Shown here piece by piece: positions 37,587 through 47,717 of a stretch of 64,000 nt of DNA (positions are counted from its first letter, which is position 1; each line of letters begins with the position of its first letter). The translations under genes were made by a program, and so were the position numbers. This DNA comes from an uncultured Candidatus Entotheonella sp. (GTDB lineage: Bacteria; Tectomicrobia; Entotheonellia; Entotheonellales; Entotheonellaceae). Under the pieces are notes generated by a model. The model saw nothing but the letters and a program-made list of their open reading frames with translations, was not told where the DNA came from and did not search any database. The stretch spans positions 512,001-576,000 of the forward strand of contig CBDCDA010000001.1 of the NCBI GenBank assembly GCA_965215335.1, given 5' to 3'.

Positions 37587-40274
37587 CTAGGGAAGACGAC
37601 GAGCCCTGCGTTGATACTCCGCCAACCTGTTCAAAGCTTCCAGAGGTGACAATTCGTCTACCGCGATCGTACACAGTTCATCCAACAACTGCGCCGAAAG
37701 ATCATCGAAGAGTGAGGGTTGTCGATAGCGCTGTTGTGCGGGAGCAGCGGCGGACTGAGGACGGGCGTGGGCCCCTGCGGATGAGCTGGAGGCCGGGTTT
37801 GATTCGAGACGTGCCAATAATTGGTTGGCCCGGCATACGACGGAAGCCGGAAGTCCCGCCAGCCGTGCAACGTGAATACCGTAGCTGCGATCAGCGCTTC
37901 CCGGTACGATATGTCGCAGAAAGACGATCTGTTCCCCCTCCTCCTGAACCAAGGCGTTGAAATTATGCAACCGTGACAGCCCCTCAGCCAGATTCGTCAA
38001 TTCATGATAGTGCGTGGCGAAAAGCGCCCGCGGCCGCAGGTCCCGATGATCGTGAAGATACTCAATGACGGCCCATGCGATGCTCATGCCGTCATAGGTG
38101 CTGGTACCCCTGCCAATTTCATCCAGCAGGATGAGACTTCGAGCCGTGAGGTTGTGCAGGATATTGGCGGTTTCGGTCATCTCCACCATGAAGGTACTCT
38201 GCCCCTTTGACAGCATGTCCTGTGCCCCCACACGGGTAAATATCCGATCAACAAGGCCAATGCAAGCCTCGCGCGCCGGTATGTAACTGCCGATCTGGGC
38301 CAGCACGACATGGAGAGCCACTTGACGCATGTACGTCGACTTCCCCGCCATATTCGGCCCAGTCAGCAGCAGAATCTGCTGGGCCTCCCGGTTCAGCAGG
38401 GTGTCATTGGGCACGAAACGCTCTTCCTGGTATACGACCTCCAGAACCGGATGGCGGCCGTCCGTAATGGCCAATTGATCGCCCATGTCAAGCGTCGGGC
38501 GACAATACCGTCGAATCGTTGCCGTGTGAGCCAGCGCGGCAACTACATCGATCTGGCTCACGATCTGCGCCATCTGTTGCAAGCGAGCAACGTTGTCGAC
38601 CAGCTGTTTCACCAGGGTGTCGTAGAGTTGATGCTCCAGGCTGACAGCCTCTTCCGCCGCCCGCAGCATCTGCACTTCACGGTCTTTCAGCACCGGTATG
38701 ATAAAGCGTTCGGCGTTCACCAGGGTTTGTTTGCGCACGTAGTGGCCGGGCACTTGGCTCAGGTGCGTCTTGCGCACTTCGATGTAATACCCGAACACTT
38801 TGTTGAATCCGACCCGCAAAGAAGAGATGCCCGTGCGTTCGCGCTCTTGCGCTTCAAATTCACTCAGCCAATTCTTGCCCGACGTGCTCTCCTCCCGCAG
38901 CATTCCTAATTCCTGACAGTAATCCGAGCGTATGACCCACCCATCTCGCAAGATTGCCGAAGGGTTCTCGACAAGCGCGTCCTTGATCAGAACGGCCAGA
39001 TCGGTCAGGGGATCCCATTGTGATGCGAAACCGGCCAGAAGCGTACTGTCGGCACCTTGCAGTGCCTTCTTGATGCCCGGAAGCCCTTCGATAGAGCGGC
39101 GCAAGGCCACGAGTTCGCGTGGTGTGACCGTGCCGAGCGACAACCGACCCATAAGCCGCTCGAGGTCGGCGATCGCTCCCAAAGCGTCACGCAGGCGCAC
39201 CCTCATATTGGGTTTTTCGACGATGTTCGCAACCGCATCCTGTCGCTCTTGCAGGGGAGCCAACCGACACAGGGGTTGCGACAGCCACTCACGCAGGAGG
39301 CGTCCCCCCATGGCCGTAACCGTGGTGTCAATGACTTCCAGGAGGGATCCATTGCGACCCTGTGACACGGGCGACGGCAACAAATCCAGGTTTTGTCTCG
39401 TGGTCTTGTCAAACACCATGAAATCACCCGTGTTGTAGTAATTCAGCCCATGCAGGTGCACCATGTTGTTTTGCTGCGTCTCGTGAACATAGGCCAACAA
39501 GGCACCGGCCGCGGCGATGGCCAGCGGTTGCTCCTCGCATCCAAAGCCCTCCAGCGAGCGCACGGAGAAGTGTTGCGCCAAACGGCGGTAGGCCCGGTCT
39601 ACGCGAAAGTGCTGCGACTCCCACGGCTGGAGCGTATTGGGAAAATGATCCGACGGGCGTTCGACGATATCGACAGGTATCGCAAGGGGCCTCGGAATGA
39701 GAACCTCCCTAGGTTGCACGCGTTCATATTCGCCTCTGAGTGCCTGTTGCCAAGAATCTTCGGATGTCCATGTTGTGACCGCGAAGGTGCCGGTGGAAAC
39801 ATCGACAAATGCGAATCCGGCTCCTTCAGCTGTAATTGCGATGCAGGCCAGAAAGTTGTGGACCTTTGGCTCTAGCGAGTTCGTGCTGACGACGGTTCCT
39901 GGCGTGACGACGCGAACAATGTCGCGCTTCACCAGGCCTTCGGCATGCCTGGGGTCTTCAATTTGTTCGGCAATGGCAACTTTCAGTCCCTGCTGCAACA
40001 AACGATCGAGATACCCCTCAGCGCTGTGGCAAGGAACCCCGCACATGGGTATCGGCTCATTTTGGTGTCTCTGGCGCGAAGTGAGCGTGATGTTGAGAGC
40101 TTTGGCGGCAAGGATGGCGTCGTCGTGAAACAGTTCGTAAAAATCTCCCATGCGAAAAAAGAGCAGCGCGTCGCCGGCCTTGGCCTTCAAGTGCGCGTAC
40201 TGCTCCATCATGGGTGTGAGTTGAGGATTGGGGGCAGTGTCATGAGGAGGACGGGATGAGCCTGATGTGTTCAT
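37587..40274 (-). CDS. mutS: DNA mismatch repair protein MutS
   Basis: TPMMEQY, FRMGDFYELF, GPNMAGKST, STFMVEM, DEIGRGTST. Confidence 0.98.
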   Translation of the reverse strand: MNTSGSSRPPHDTAPNPQLTPMMEQYAHLKAKAGDALLFFRMGDFYELFHDDAILAAKALNITLTSRQRHQNEPIPMCGVPCHSAEGYLDRLLQQGLKVAIAEQIEDPRHAEGLVKRDIVRVVTPGTVVSTNSLEPKVHNFLACIAITAEGAGFAFVDVSTGTFAVTTWTSEDSWQQALRGEYERVQPREVLIPRPLAIPVDIVERPSDHFPNTLQPWESQHFRVDRAYRRLAQHFSVRSLEGFGCEEQPLAIAAAGALLAYVHETQQNNMVHLHGLNYYNTGDFMVFDKTTRQNLDLLPSPVSQGRNGSLLEVIDTTVTAMGGRLLREWLSQPLCRLAPLQERQDAVANIVEKPNMRVRLRDALGAIADLERLMGRLSLGTVTPRELVALRRSIEGLPGIKKALQGADSTLLAGFASQWDPLTDLAVLIKDALVENPSAILRDGWVIRSDYCQELGMLREESTSGKNWLSEFEAQERERTGISSLRVGFNKVFGYYIEVRKTHLSQVPGHYVRKQTLVNAERFIIPVLKDREVQMLRAAEEAVSLEHQLYDTLVKQLVDNVARLQQMAQIVSQIDVVAALAHTATIRRYCRPTLDMGDQLAITDGRHPVLEVVYQEERFVPNDTLLNREAQQILLLTGPNMAGKSTYMRQVALHVVLAQIGSYIPAREACIGLVDRIFTRVGAQDMLSKGQSTFMVEMTETANILHNLTARSLILLDEIGRGTSTYDGMSIAWAVIEYLHDHRDLRPRALFATHYHELTNLAEGLSRLHNFNALVQEEGEQIVFLRHIVPGSADRSYGIHVARLAGLPASVVCRANQLLARLESNPASSSSAGAHARPQSAAAPAQQRYRQPSLFDDLSAQLLDELCTIAVDELSPLEALNRLAEYQRRARRLP

Positions 40275-40297
40275 GACGTGATACGTCCGGATAAGGG

Positions 40298-40762
40298 TCA
40301 GGGCTGACAGCGCTCTGTTGACGCCGGCGGTTCCCTCAGGTGCGAGAGAATTTTTTGTTCGCGGCGTTCCATGCGGCGGCGGGTGGCGGATCGCTCATGG
40401 TCGTAGCCCAACAGGTGAAGCAGGCCATGGGCGAGAAGGAACACGACGCGTTCCTCAAGCGTCTGCCTGAGTTCGTGGGCCTCGCGCGCCGCGGTCGGCA
40501 GTGAAATGACGACATCTCCCAGCAAGAGGGTCTGCGGCTCGCCTTCATAGGTCTGACATTGTGGAAAAGCCAGTATGTTGGTAGGACGGTCTTTGCAGCG
40601 GTAAGTGCGATTCAACGACCGCATGCGCTCGTCATGAACAAAGACCACACTGAGTTCACTATCCTGGCACCCAAGGTAGGCCATCATCCGCCGGGCTTGT
40701 TTCTTCACGAGCGGTGTATTGAGTGCCACGCTTCGCTGGCGATTGTTTATCCATACGGCCAT
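40298..40762 (-). CDS. ybeY: rRNA maturation endoribonuclease YbeY
   Basis: LNRTYR, LLGDVVI, HGLLHLLGYDH. Confidence 0.95.
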   Translation of the reverse strand: MAVWINNRQRSVALNTPLVKKQARRMMAYLGCQDSELSVVFVHDERMRSLNRTYRCKDRPTNILAFPQCQTYEGEPQTLLLGDVVISLPTAAREAHELRQTLEERVVFLLAHGLLHLLGYDHERSATRRRMERREQKILSHLREPPASTERCQP

Positions 40763-40768
40763 GACGCG

Positions 40769-41776
40769 TCAGCGGTCCGAAACGGAGCACGCCGTTTCCT
40801 CCCTCGGCTCCTCAGTCGCTTTTTCCACCCTGTTGCCGTAGCGGTCATAAGCCTTGACAATCTCTTGCACGAGGGGATGGCGCACCACGTCGCGCTCGGA
40901 GAAGTAAACAAAATCGATTCCGTCAATGCCATGCAGAATTCGCTGAATCTGGATGAGCCCCGATTCCTTGCGATTGGGCAGATCGACCTGCGTGACGTCA
41001 CCGGTGATGACGGCTCTGGAATACAAGCCCAGCCGCGTCAGGAACATTTTCATCTGTTCGGTCGTGGCGTTTTGGGCTTCGTCGAGGATGATGAAGGAGT
41101 CATTGAGTGTGCGGCCACGCATGAACGCCAACGGCGCGACCTCGATGGCTCCCCGTTCGATCAGGCGCTGGGCCTCGTCGAATTCCACCATGTCGTACAG
41201 GGCATCGTATAGAGGTCGCAGGTAGGGGTTGACCTTGTCCAACAGGTCGCCGGGGAGAAATCCGAGTCGCTCGCCGGCCTCTACCGCCGGACGCGCGAGA
41301 ATGATGCGACCACACCTTTTTTGCTCAAGCTCCGCCACGGCCATCGCCATGGCCAGATAGGTTTTTCCGGTTCCCGCCGGGCCGATGCCCACCACGATAT
41401 CGTGTCGTCGCATGGCCTGAACGTATCGTCGTTGTCCAAGACTTTTCGGACTGACAAAACTTTTCTTGCACGAAATCGCGATACGCTCGGACCGTATGGT
41501 GCCCGGATTCAACTCCTCGCCATTTTCTATGAGACTGGTCAGGAAGCCCAAGTCGGCGATATCGAGCCGAACACCGGCCTCCAACAAGCGATATGCTCCC
41601 TCCAGCAACTTGACGGCCAACTCAACCGAGGTCGCACTTCCGGCAATGGTTACGATGTTTTTGTGCGCCCGGATTGCAACGGAAAGATGTTCCTCGATGT
41701 AGCGCAAATTGGCATCGTGAATGCCGAATAACTGGGGAATGACCCGCCCGCGTGGCAGCTCGAGAATGTGTTCCAT
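40769..41776 (-). CDS. PhoH family ATPase (YbeZ)
   Basis: GPAGTGKT, RPAVEAGE, AFMRGRT, LDEAQN. Confidence 0.95.
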   Translation of the reverse strand: MEHILELPRGRVIPQLFGIHDANLRYIEEHLSVAIRAHKNIVTIAGSATSVELAVKLLEGAYRLLEAGVRLDIADLGFLTSLIENGEELNPGTIRSERIAISCKKSFVSPKSLGQRRYVQAMRRHDIVVGIGPAGTGKTYLAMAMAVAELEQKRCGRIILARPAVEAGERLGFLPGDLLDKVNPYLRPLYDALYDMVEFDEAQRLIERGAIEVAPLAFMRGRTLNDSFIILDEAQNATTEQMKMFLTRLGLYSRAVITGDVTQVDLPNRKESGLIQIQRILHGIDGIDFVYFSERDVVRHPLVQEIVKAYDRYGNRVEKATEEPREETACSVSDR

Positions 41777-41813
41777 GCGCCTGACGTATGCCTCCGCTCA
41801 ATAGCGCTTCGCC

Positions 41814-44516
41814 TCAAACGACGGCTGCCAGAAGCGCCTGCCGTATGGATCCCAGCGCCGTTTCCGCCGCGATCTTTCGCCCATCTGCATCCGTCACATA
41901 GAAAACGTCAATCGCTCTGTTTCCCTCCGTGGAAATCTTTGCCAGTGCAATATCCACGTCCTGCTCGTAGAGAACACGCGTAAGTCGATAAAGCAGGCCC
42001 AGGCTGTCCTGGACCTGCAACTCGAGAATGGTGTGGGTATCGGAGTGACTATTGTTGATGACAACATGCGGCGGTTTCACAAATACGTCGAACTTCTGGT
42101 TCTTGAGCGGGTGCCGTCCTTGCACGGGAACTTGCTCAACGTGGCGCACATCGACGAGAGCGTCACGCAAAACCGCTTCGACGCAATGCCACACCTGAGG
42201 ATCCGTCACGGCTTTTTGATCGAGCGTCTCCACGTGCAGAATATCGAGAGCCAGATCGTCCTGCGAGGTATAAATCTCAGCGCCCAGGATATTGAGCCTG
42301 TTGCGGCTCAAGGCTCCGGCTATCAGCGAAAAGACGCCGCGTCTCTCCTTGGCACAGATCGTCACGCTGCTAAATCCTGCCGAGGCATGTTGTTCCGCAT
42401 GGAGCACGACGGGCAATTGCCGGGCTTTTTTCGTCATGTCCAGATGAATGGCCATCTGATTGGGAGCCGTGGCCATCAGGTATCTGGCCGGCATGGCGGC
42501 GAGAAAATGATCGACTTCGGCAGGACTCGCCTGACCATTCAAGGCCGCCATCAGGCCCACACGCGCGCGGCTGCGGAGTTCGTCATCGGACGGCGCGATG
42601 ACCGGACGTTGTTGGACAAGGTAGTCGTGGGTGCGGTGGTAGAGATCCGCCAACAGGGTGCCCTTCCAGGCGGTCCACACATCAGGCCCTACAGCAGACG
42701 TGTCCGCAAACGTCAGCAGGTAAAGTTGCCGCAGATTGGATATCGTTTCGACAAGGCTGGCGCATTCCGCGATGACCTTCTTGTCGGCAATGTCCCGCCG
42801 CTGAGCCAAGCGATTCATCGCCAAGTGGTGCACGACCAATACTTGGATGACGTGGCGTTGTTCGGCCGGCAATTCAAACCGTTCACACACCTCCTCGGCA
42901 AGCTCACCGCTGCGATGCACGTGCGAAGCTTTGCCCGGCCCGACATCCTTGCCCAGATCGTGCAGCAACAAAGCCAGCTTCAACAATTTCTTGCCCGCGT
43001 CGGACGTTTCTTCGTAAAGCCGCGCCAACGGCCACAGCATGGGCACTGTGGTTCCTGCAAGGCTTTCGATCTTTTCAAGCGCGAGGAGCGTATGTTCGTC
43101 GACTGTATAACAGTGATGCAGATCATAGGACGGCAAACAAGTCAAGGGAGCAAATTCCGGGATATACGCGCTGAGCAGGCCATGCCAGTGCAGCGCCCGC
43201 AGAATGGAGGCTGAATGGGGCTGGGACAAGATGTGCCAAAAGGTTGCCCGCACTTCAGATGAACACCGGGTGGCTTCATCCGTGAACAGGCCGGCATGAG
43301 CCTTGATGGTGCGGGACAGCGCCGGCTCCAGCGGCACCTGGCAGTCATGCGCTTTGACAAAAGTATGCATCATGAGCGCCGGGCGGGCCGTGAAGACCTC
43401 GTCAGGGGCCGTGGCTTCATGACCCAGGTAACCGTCCCGAATAACGAAGCCATCCCCGATCTGTCGGGTACGGCGCAAGAGGAACCAGCGGCGCGGCCGG
43501 TACATGCGCGACACGGCTTCCACAACGGTTTGACAAAAATGCGCGATCACATTGGCATGAACGTAATAAGCCTTGAGGAAATATTCGACCGCCAACTTCT
43601 CGTCACTGGCCTCAAACTGCAGCTCGACTGCCAAGGTCTCCTGCACGTCTACAGACAGCAAGTCGTTCTTGCGACCGCAGTGATAATGCAAGGCGTTGCG
43701 AACTCGGAACAGAAAATCCAGCGCTGCCTCCACCGCCCGCTGGTCCTCTTGGGTTAACAGCCCCTCGCTCTCCAGGTCCGAGAGCGTTTCGGCACGGTAA
43801 AACGCCGCGGCAATCCAACGCGCTGTGTGGTAATCGCGCAAGCCCCCTGGACTTGCCTTGACGTTAGGCTCCATCAAATTGACGGTATTGGAGAATGTCG
43901 CGTGGCGCTCGCGACATTCCGCGACCTTCCGCTGCACGAAACTACGCCGCCTGCGCGGACTGAAACGCTTGTGATGAATTTCCTCTTCAAACCAGCGATA
44001 CAGTTGATAATCGCCTTCGAGGAAACGTGCTTCGCGCATTGCTGTCTGGGCAGCCAGGTCCGCGTCGACCCTTTTGATCACATCGCGCCGGGTCCGTACG
44101 CTGTGGCCAAGGGTGTACCCGGCATCCCAGAGCAGATAGAGCGTCTCTCGAACCACCGCATCAGGCGGCGTTTTGTGACAAAGGAACATCAGATCAATGT
44201 CCGAATATGGGTTCATCTCCCCCCGGCCATATCCCCCCAAGGCTAAGAGTGCACAGGACCCGGCCGGTCTCGAATGATTGCTGGCAACGTATTGAAAAAC
44301 GGTGCGCACCACGTCATCAACCAGGGCCGTGAGGTGGCGCACGACATTCCGGCCCCGCGCCCCGGCATCGTGCTCCTGACGGATGCGCTCATTTGCGGCG
44401 CCGATCAACGTTTTCAAGCCTTGCAGAAATTGCGGCCGCTCGAAACCGCGATCCAACAGCGGCGCGAAGGAATGTGGTTCCCTTTGCATTTCGTATGCGG
44501 CGGTGGGGGTTGCCAT
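41814..44516 (-). CDS. glnD: [Protein-PII] uridylyltransferase
   Basis: ALGGYGR..SDIDL, PGGLRD, TVDEHT, LLHDLGK, two ACT domains; ATG 44516 preferred because the longer ORF overlaps xerD. Confidence 0.95.
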   Translation of the reverse strand: MATPTAAYEMQREPHSFAPLLDRGFERPQFLQGLKTLIGAANERIRQEHDAGARGRNVVRHLTALVDDVVRTVFQYVASNHSRPAGSCALLALGGYGRGEMNPYSDIDLMFLCHKTPPDAVVRETLYLLWDAGYTLGHSVRTRRDVIKRVDADLAAQTAMREARFLEGDYQLYRWFEEEIHHKRFSPRRRRSFVQRKVAECRERHATFSNTVNLMEPNVKASPGGLRDYHTARWIAAAFYRAETLSDLESEGLLTQEDQRAVEAALDFLFRVRNALHYHCGRKNDLLSVDVQETLAVELQFEASDEKLAVEYFLKAYYVHANVIAHFCQTVVEAVSRMYRPRRWFLLRRTRQIGDGFVIRDGYLGHEATAPDEVFTARPALMMHTFVKAHDCQVPLEPALSRTIKAHAGLFTDEATRCSSEVRATFWHILSQPHSASILRALHWHGLLSAYIPEFAPLTCLPSYDLHHCYTVDEHTLLALEKIESLAGTTVPMLWPLARLYEETSDAGKKLLKLALLLHDLGKDVGPGKASHVHRSGELAEEVCERFELPAEQRHVIQVLVVHHLAMNRLAQRRDIADKKVIAECASLVETISNLRQLYLLTFADTSAVGPDVWTAWKGTLLADLYHRTHDYLVQQRPVIAPSDDELRSRARVGLMAALNGQASPAEVDHFLAAMPARYLMATAPNQMAIHLDMTKKARQLPVVLHAEQHASAGFSSVTICAKERRGVFSLIAGALSRNRLNILGAEIYTSQDDLALDILHVETLDQKAVTDPQVWHCVEAVLRDALVDVRHVEQVPVQGRHPLKNQKFDVFVKPPHVVINNSHSDTHTILELQVQDSLGLLYRLTRVLYEQDVDIALAKISTEGNRAIDVFYVTDADGRKIAAETALGSIRQALLAAVV

Positions 44517-44526
44517 ACGCCTGATC

Positions 44527-45450
44527 CTATGGACGGGGATGATGCTCCGCGTAAACTGCCCGTAGGCGCTCTTGCACAACATGGGTATAAATCTGGGTCG
44601 TCGAAATATCGACATGACCCAGCATATGCTGAAGCGATCGCAGGTCGGCTCCGCCTGCAAGGAGATGCGTTGCAAAGGAATGGCGCAGGGTGTGGGGGCT
44701 GATGGATTTATGAATCGCCACCTGCTGCACGTGCTTTCTCACGATTTTCCACAACGCCTGTCGGGTCAGACCGCGGGCAGAACGATTGATGAAAAGAGCC
44801 GTGGCTTGGCGCCCTTTGGCCAGCTCGGGCCGTCCCGCCAACACATAATCCTCCACTCGCCCTGCTGCCACTTCTCCCATGGGCACCAAGCGCTCTTTTC
44901 CACCCTTGCCGCGCACTTTTATGCAACCGGTCGTGGCGTGAACATCCCCAAGGTTCAATGCCACCAGTTCACTAACCCGCAAACCGGTGGCGTAGAGAAC
45001 TTCGAGCATGGCGGTATCGCGCTTACCCAAAGGCGTGTCCGTATCAGGCGCCTCGAGAAGCTGTTCGACTTCCGCCAAGCTGAGTACGTCAGGGAGAACC
45101 TGTCTTTGCTGAGGCGCGGAGATCTGCTCGGCAGGATCAGCCGCCAGGCCCCCCTCCTCTCGGAGGAAACGATACAGCGTTTTAATGGAGACCAATTCGC
45201 GTGCCAAGGTGCGCGCGGCAACTCCTTGCTGCCGGCGCTTTGCAAGATAGCCAGTGATGTGGTCAGGCGTGAGGTCCTGGAAGGCAGGGAGGCATTCTTG
45301 CTGAACGAAATCCTTGAAGCGTTGTAAATCCGAGAGATATGCGGTGAGGGTATTACGCGCAAGGCCTTTCTCGACAATCAGATACTGCTGCAACCGGTCG
45401 AGGTGATGCTCAAATAATGCCGGTCCCTTCTCGCGGAGGAAAGAAGGCAT
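44527..45450 (-). CDS. xerD: Site-specific tyrosine recombinase XerD
   Basis: EKGLARNTLTAY, YATGLRVSEL, GKGGKER, SPHTLRHSFATH, LGH..ISTTQIYTHV. Confidence 0.93.
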   Translation of the reverse strand: MPSFLREKGPALFEHHLDRLQQYLIVEKGLARNTLTAYLSDLQRFKDFVQQECLPAFQDLTPDHITGYLAKRRQQGVAARTLARELVSIKTLYRFLREEGGLAADPAEQISAPQQRQVLPDVLSLAEVEQLLEAPDTDTPLGKRDTAMLEVLYATGLRVSELVALNLGDVHATTGCIKVRGKGGKERLVPMGEVAAGRVEDYVLAGRPELAKGRQATALFINRSARGLTRQALWKIVRKHVQQVAIHKSISPHTLRHSFATHLLAGGADLRSLQHMLGHVDISTTQIYTHVVQERLRAVYAEHHPRP

Positions 45451-45571
45451 ATACAGACTCCCTGATGAACGCAGCCTTCACGTATCAACAGAGCATAGCG
45501 CATACCCGCCCGTAACAAAAGAGCACTAACAGGAGACTCGTTTGAAGTGCCGCGGTCATGGGGTATCACCC

Positions 45572-46328
45572 AGGCTCAGGACCTATAAAGAGTTGTCATT
45601 GAACATATCGGATTCAAGACCCTGACTCCGTGGGGAGGCTCACCATGCCCGATCATCACTTCTGGCTCTCCGATGCGCAGTTTGCCCGACTTCAACCCCT
45701 GCTGCCCAACAAGGTGCGCGGCGTCCCACGCGTCGATGACCGCAAGGTCATCAGCGGCATCATCCACGTCATTCCGCTACGGCCTCACGTGGCGCGATGC
45801 ACCGGCCTGCTACGGACCCGCACAAGACCCTCTCCAACCGCTTCGTGCGCTTGGAGCAAGGCCGGGGTGTTCGGGCGCATCGCACCACTGCCAGCCTGTT
45901 GAAAAGGAGCTCTTTCGCAGCTGCATCGGGCACACCCGAGGCGGCCTGAACTCGAAGCTCCACGCCGTCTGCAACGGCGATGGCAAGCCCATCGTGCTGC
46001 TGTTGCGGCGGGTCAGGTCAATGATATCGCGGGGCTGATACGATTGTGCCCGTCCTCCCGGCGGTCGGGGTCCTGATTGCCGGCAAGGGGTACGACAGTA
46101 ACCGGTTGTGCAAGGCTCTTTGTCCTGCATTCCGGGCCGTGCCAATCGTAAAGAGCCGATTGTCCATGACCGCGAGCCATACAAGAGCCGTAACCTCATC
46201 GAGCGTCCGTTTGGCAGACTCAAGGACTGGCGTCGCATCGCCACGCGCCATGACCGGTGTGCGCACACCTTTTTCAGTGCCATCTGCCTTGCTGCCACGG
46301 CCATCTTCTGGTTATGAGTCCTGAGACT
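45572..46328 (+). mobile_element. Degenerate IS5-family (IS427-group-like) element; transposase pseudogene
   Basis: Terminal IRs AGGCTCAGGACCTATAA / TTATGAGTCCTGAGACT; transposase fragments in several frames (FWLSDAQFARLQPLLP, IGHTRGGLNSKLHAV, RNLIERPFGRLKDWRRIATR). Confidence 0.85.
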
Positions 46329-46363
46329 GATGATCTTCTCCATACCGGCGGCCTCGATTGCAA

Positions 46364-47680
46364 CAATACTTCGGACAGTTTTGACAGCTAGGTAGCCGCA
46401 CGGGTTCTCCAATTCTATAGTTGTGTAGCCAACGCAACTGAGAATGGAGGCGCCCCGTGCGACTGCTTCAAAGTGTACTGCCGACCTTAGCCCAAACCAA
46501 GAAACCGCAACGCAAATTCGTCGCCCATCTCTTGGGACTTCTCCTGATGCTTCCCGGACACGCCACGTTTCGCAATCTCAGCCGCTACAGTCCATATCAC
46601 GAGCGCACCTTTGCGCGCTGGTACGACCGACCCTTCGACTTTGTCGCACTCAACAAGGCGGCCATTACCCAGGTCATCCCGCCTGATCATCAACAGGCTC
46701 TGGTCATCGATGCCAGCTTCATCCCCAAAAGTGGCAACCACACCTATGGTCTTGAACCCTTCTGGAATAGTCGCCACCGGCGCAGTGAAAAAGGTCTGGA
46801 AGTCTCGGCTATAGCCTGGCTCGACCTCACCGACAGATGCGCCTATGGCCTCAGTGTTGAGCAGACACCGCCGAGCGACAAGACCTCTGAGGTGCAAGGC
46901 ACCCGTATCGATGCCTATCTGGAGCAATTGCGAGGCGTGGTCTGTGGCCACCAACTCCATCATCTACGCTATGTGATAACGGACGGCTATTACAGCAAAC
47001 GTAAATTCCTTGACGGACTTCGTGCCCTGGGGCTGCATCAGATTGGCAAGCTGCGCCGTGACGCCAATCTGCGCTATCTCTACCAAGGACCGGGACGCCC
47101 AGGACCCGGACGACCCAAGACCTATGACGGCAAGGTTCATTGGGACGACCTGGCACGCTTTGAGCGTGTAGCGAGCGAAGACGCCGCCGTCGTGCTCTAT
47201 CACCAAGTCCTCAACCACGTGCATCTTCGGCGCAATCTGCGTGTCGTCCTGGTGGTCGATACCCGCAGCCAGCGGCAAGCGGTGCTGTTCAGCACCGACA
47301 CCGACATGGATGCGCAGGCGCTTTATCGCGCCTACAAAGCGCGCTTCCAGATCGAATTTCTCTTCCGAGACGCCAAGCAGTTTACGTCTCTGAGTGCCTG
47401 TCAAGCGCGTTCCCAAGCCAAACTGCACGTTCACTTCAATGCGAGCCTGAGTGCTCTGACCTTGGGCAAACTGGAAGCTCGGCAGCAAAGCGGTGGTAGC
47501 GAGGCAGGGTTTTCCATGGCGAGTGTCAAACGGCGCGCTTTCAACCAACACCTGCTTGAGCGAATTTCTCAGCATCTAGCCGAAGGGCATAGCCTGGAAA
47601 AATCCAGCCCCGAATACCAAGACCTTTGCAACTATGGCACGATCACTGACAGGGCGGCCTAAATTCTGTCCGACCTATTG
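46364..47680 (+). mobile_element. Intact insertion sequence (DDE, IS4/IS701-superfamily-like) with a 6-bp target duplication
   Basis: IRs CAATACTTCGGACAG / CTGTCCGACCTATTG; TTGCAA at 46358-46363 and 47681-47686. Confidence 0.9.
46457..47662 (+). CDS. DDE transposase
   Basis: LVIDASF, ITDGYY, YKARFQIEFLFRDAKQ (YREK-like motif). Confidence 0.92.
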   Translation: MRLLQSVLPTLAQTKKPQRKFVAHLLGLLLMLPGHATFRNLSRYSPYHERTFARWYDRPFDFVALNKAAITQVIPPDHQQALVIDASFIPKSGNHTYGLEPFWNSRHRRSEKGLEVSAIAWLDLTDRCAYGLSVEQTPPSDKTSEVQGTRIDAYLEQLRGVVCGHQLHHLRYVITDGYYSKRKFLDGLRALGLHQIGKLRRDANLRYLYQGPGRPGPGRPKTYDGKVHWDDLARFERVASEDAAVVLYHQVLNHVHLRRNLRVVLVVDTRSQRQAVLFSTDTDMDAQALYRAYKARFQIEFLFRDAKQFTSLSACQARSQAKLHVHFNASLSALTLGKLEARQQSGGSEAGFSMASVKRRAFNQHLLERISQHLAEGHSLEKSSPEYQDLCNYGTITDRAA

Positions 47681-47717
47681 TTGCAAAATATGTGACAAAA
47701 TACGCCACGGGTCTGGG

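Noticed and set aside
1206..44702. Long overlapping ORFs (e.g. 1925-2980, 4789-5943, 6369-7454, 11899-12852, 28926-29807, 42033-43214)
   Set aside because: Shadow ORFs expected in GC-rich DNA, overlapping well-supported genes and showing no motifs.
44527..45450. Tyrosine recombinase beside the IS island read as the island's integrase
   Set aside because: Its motifs are those of housekeeping XerD, it is coupled to glnD, and no att repeats were seen.
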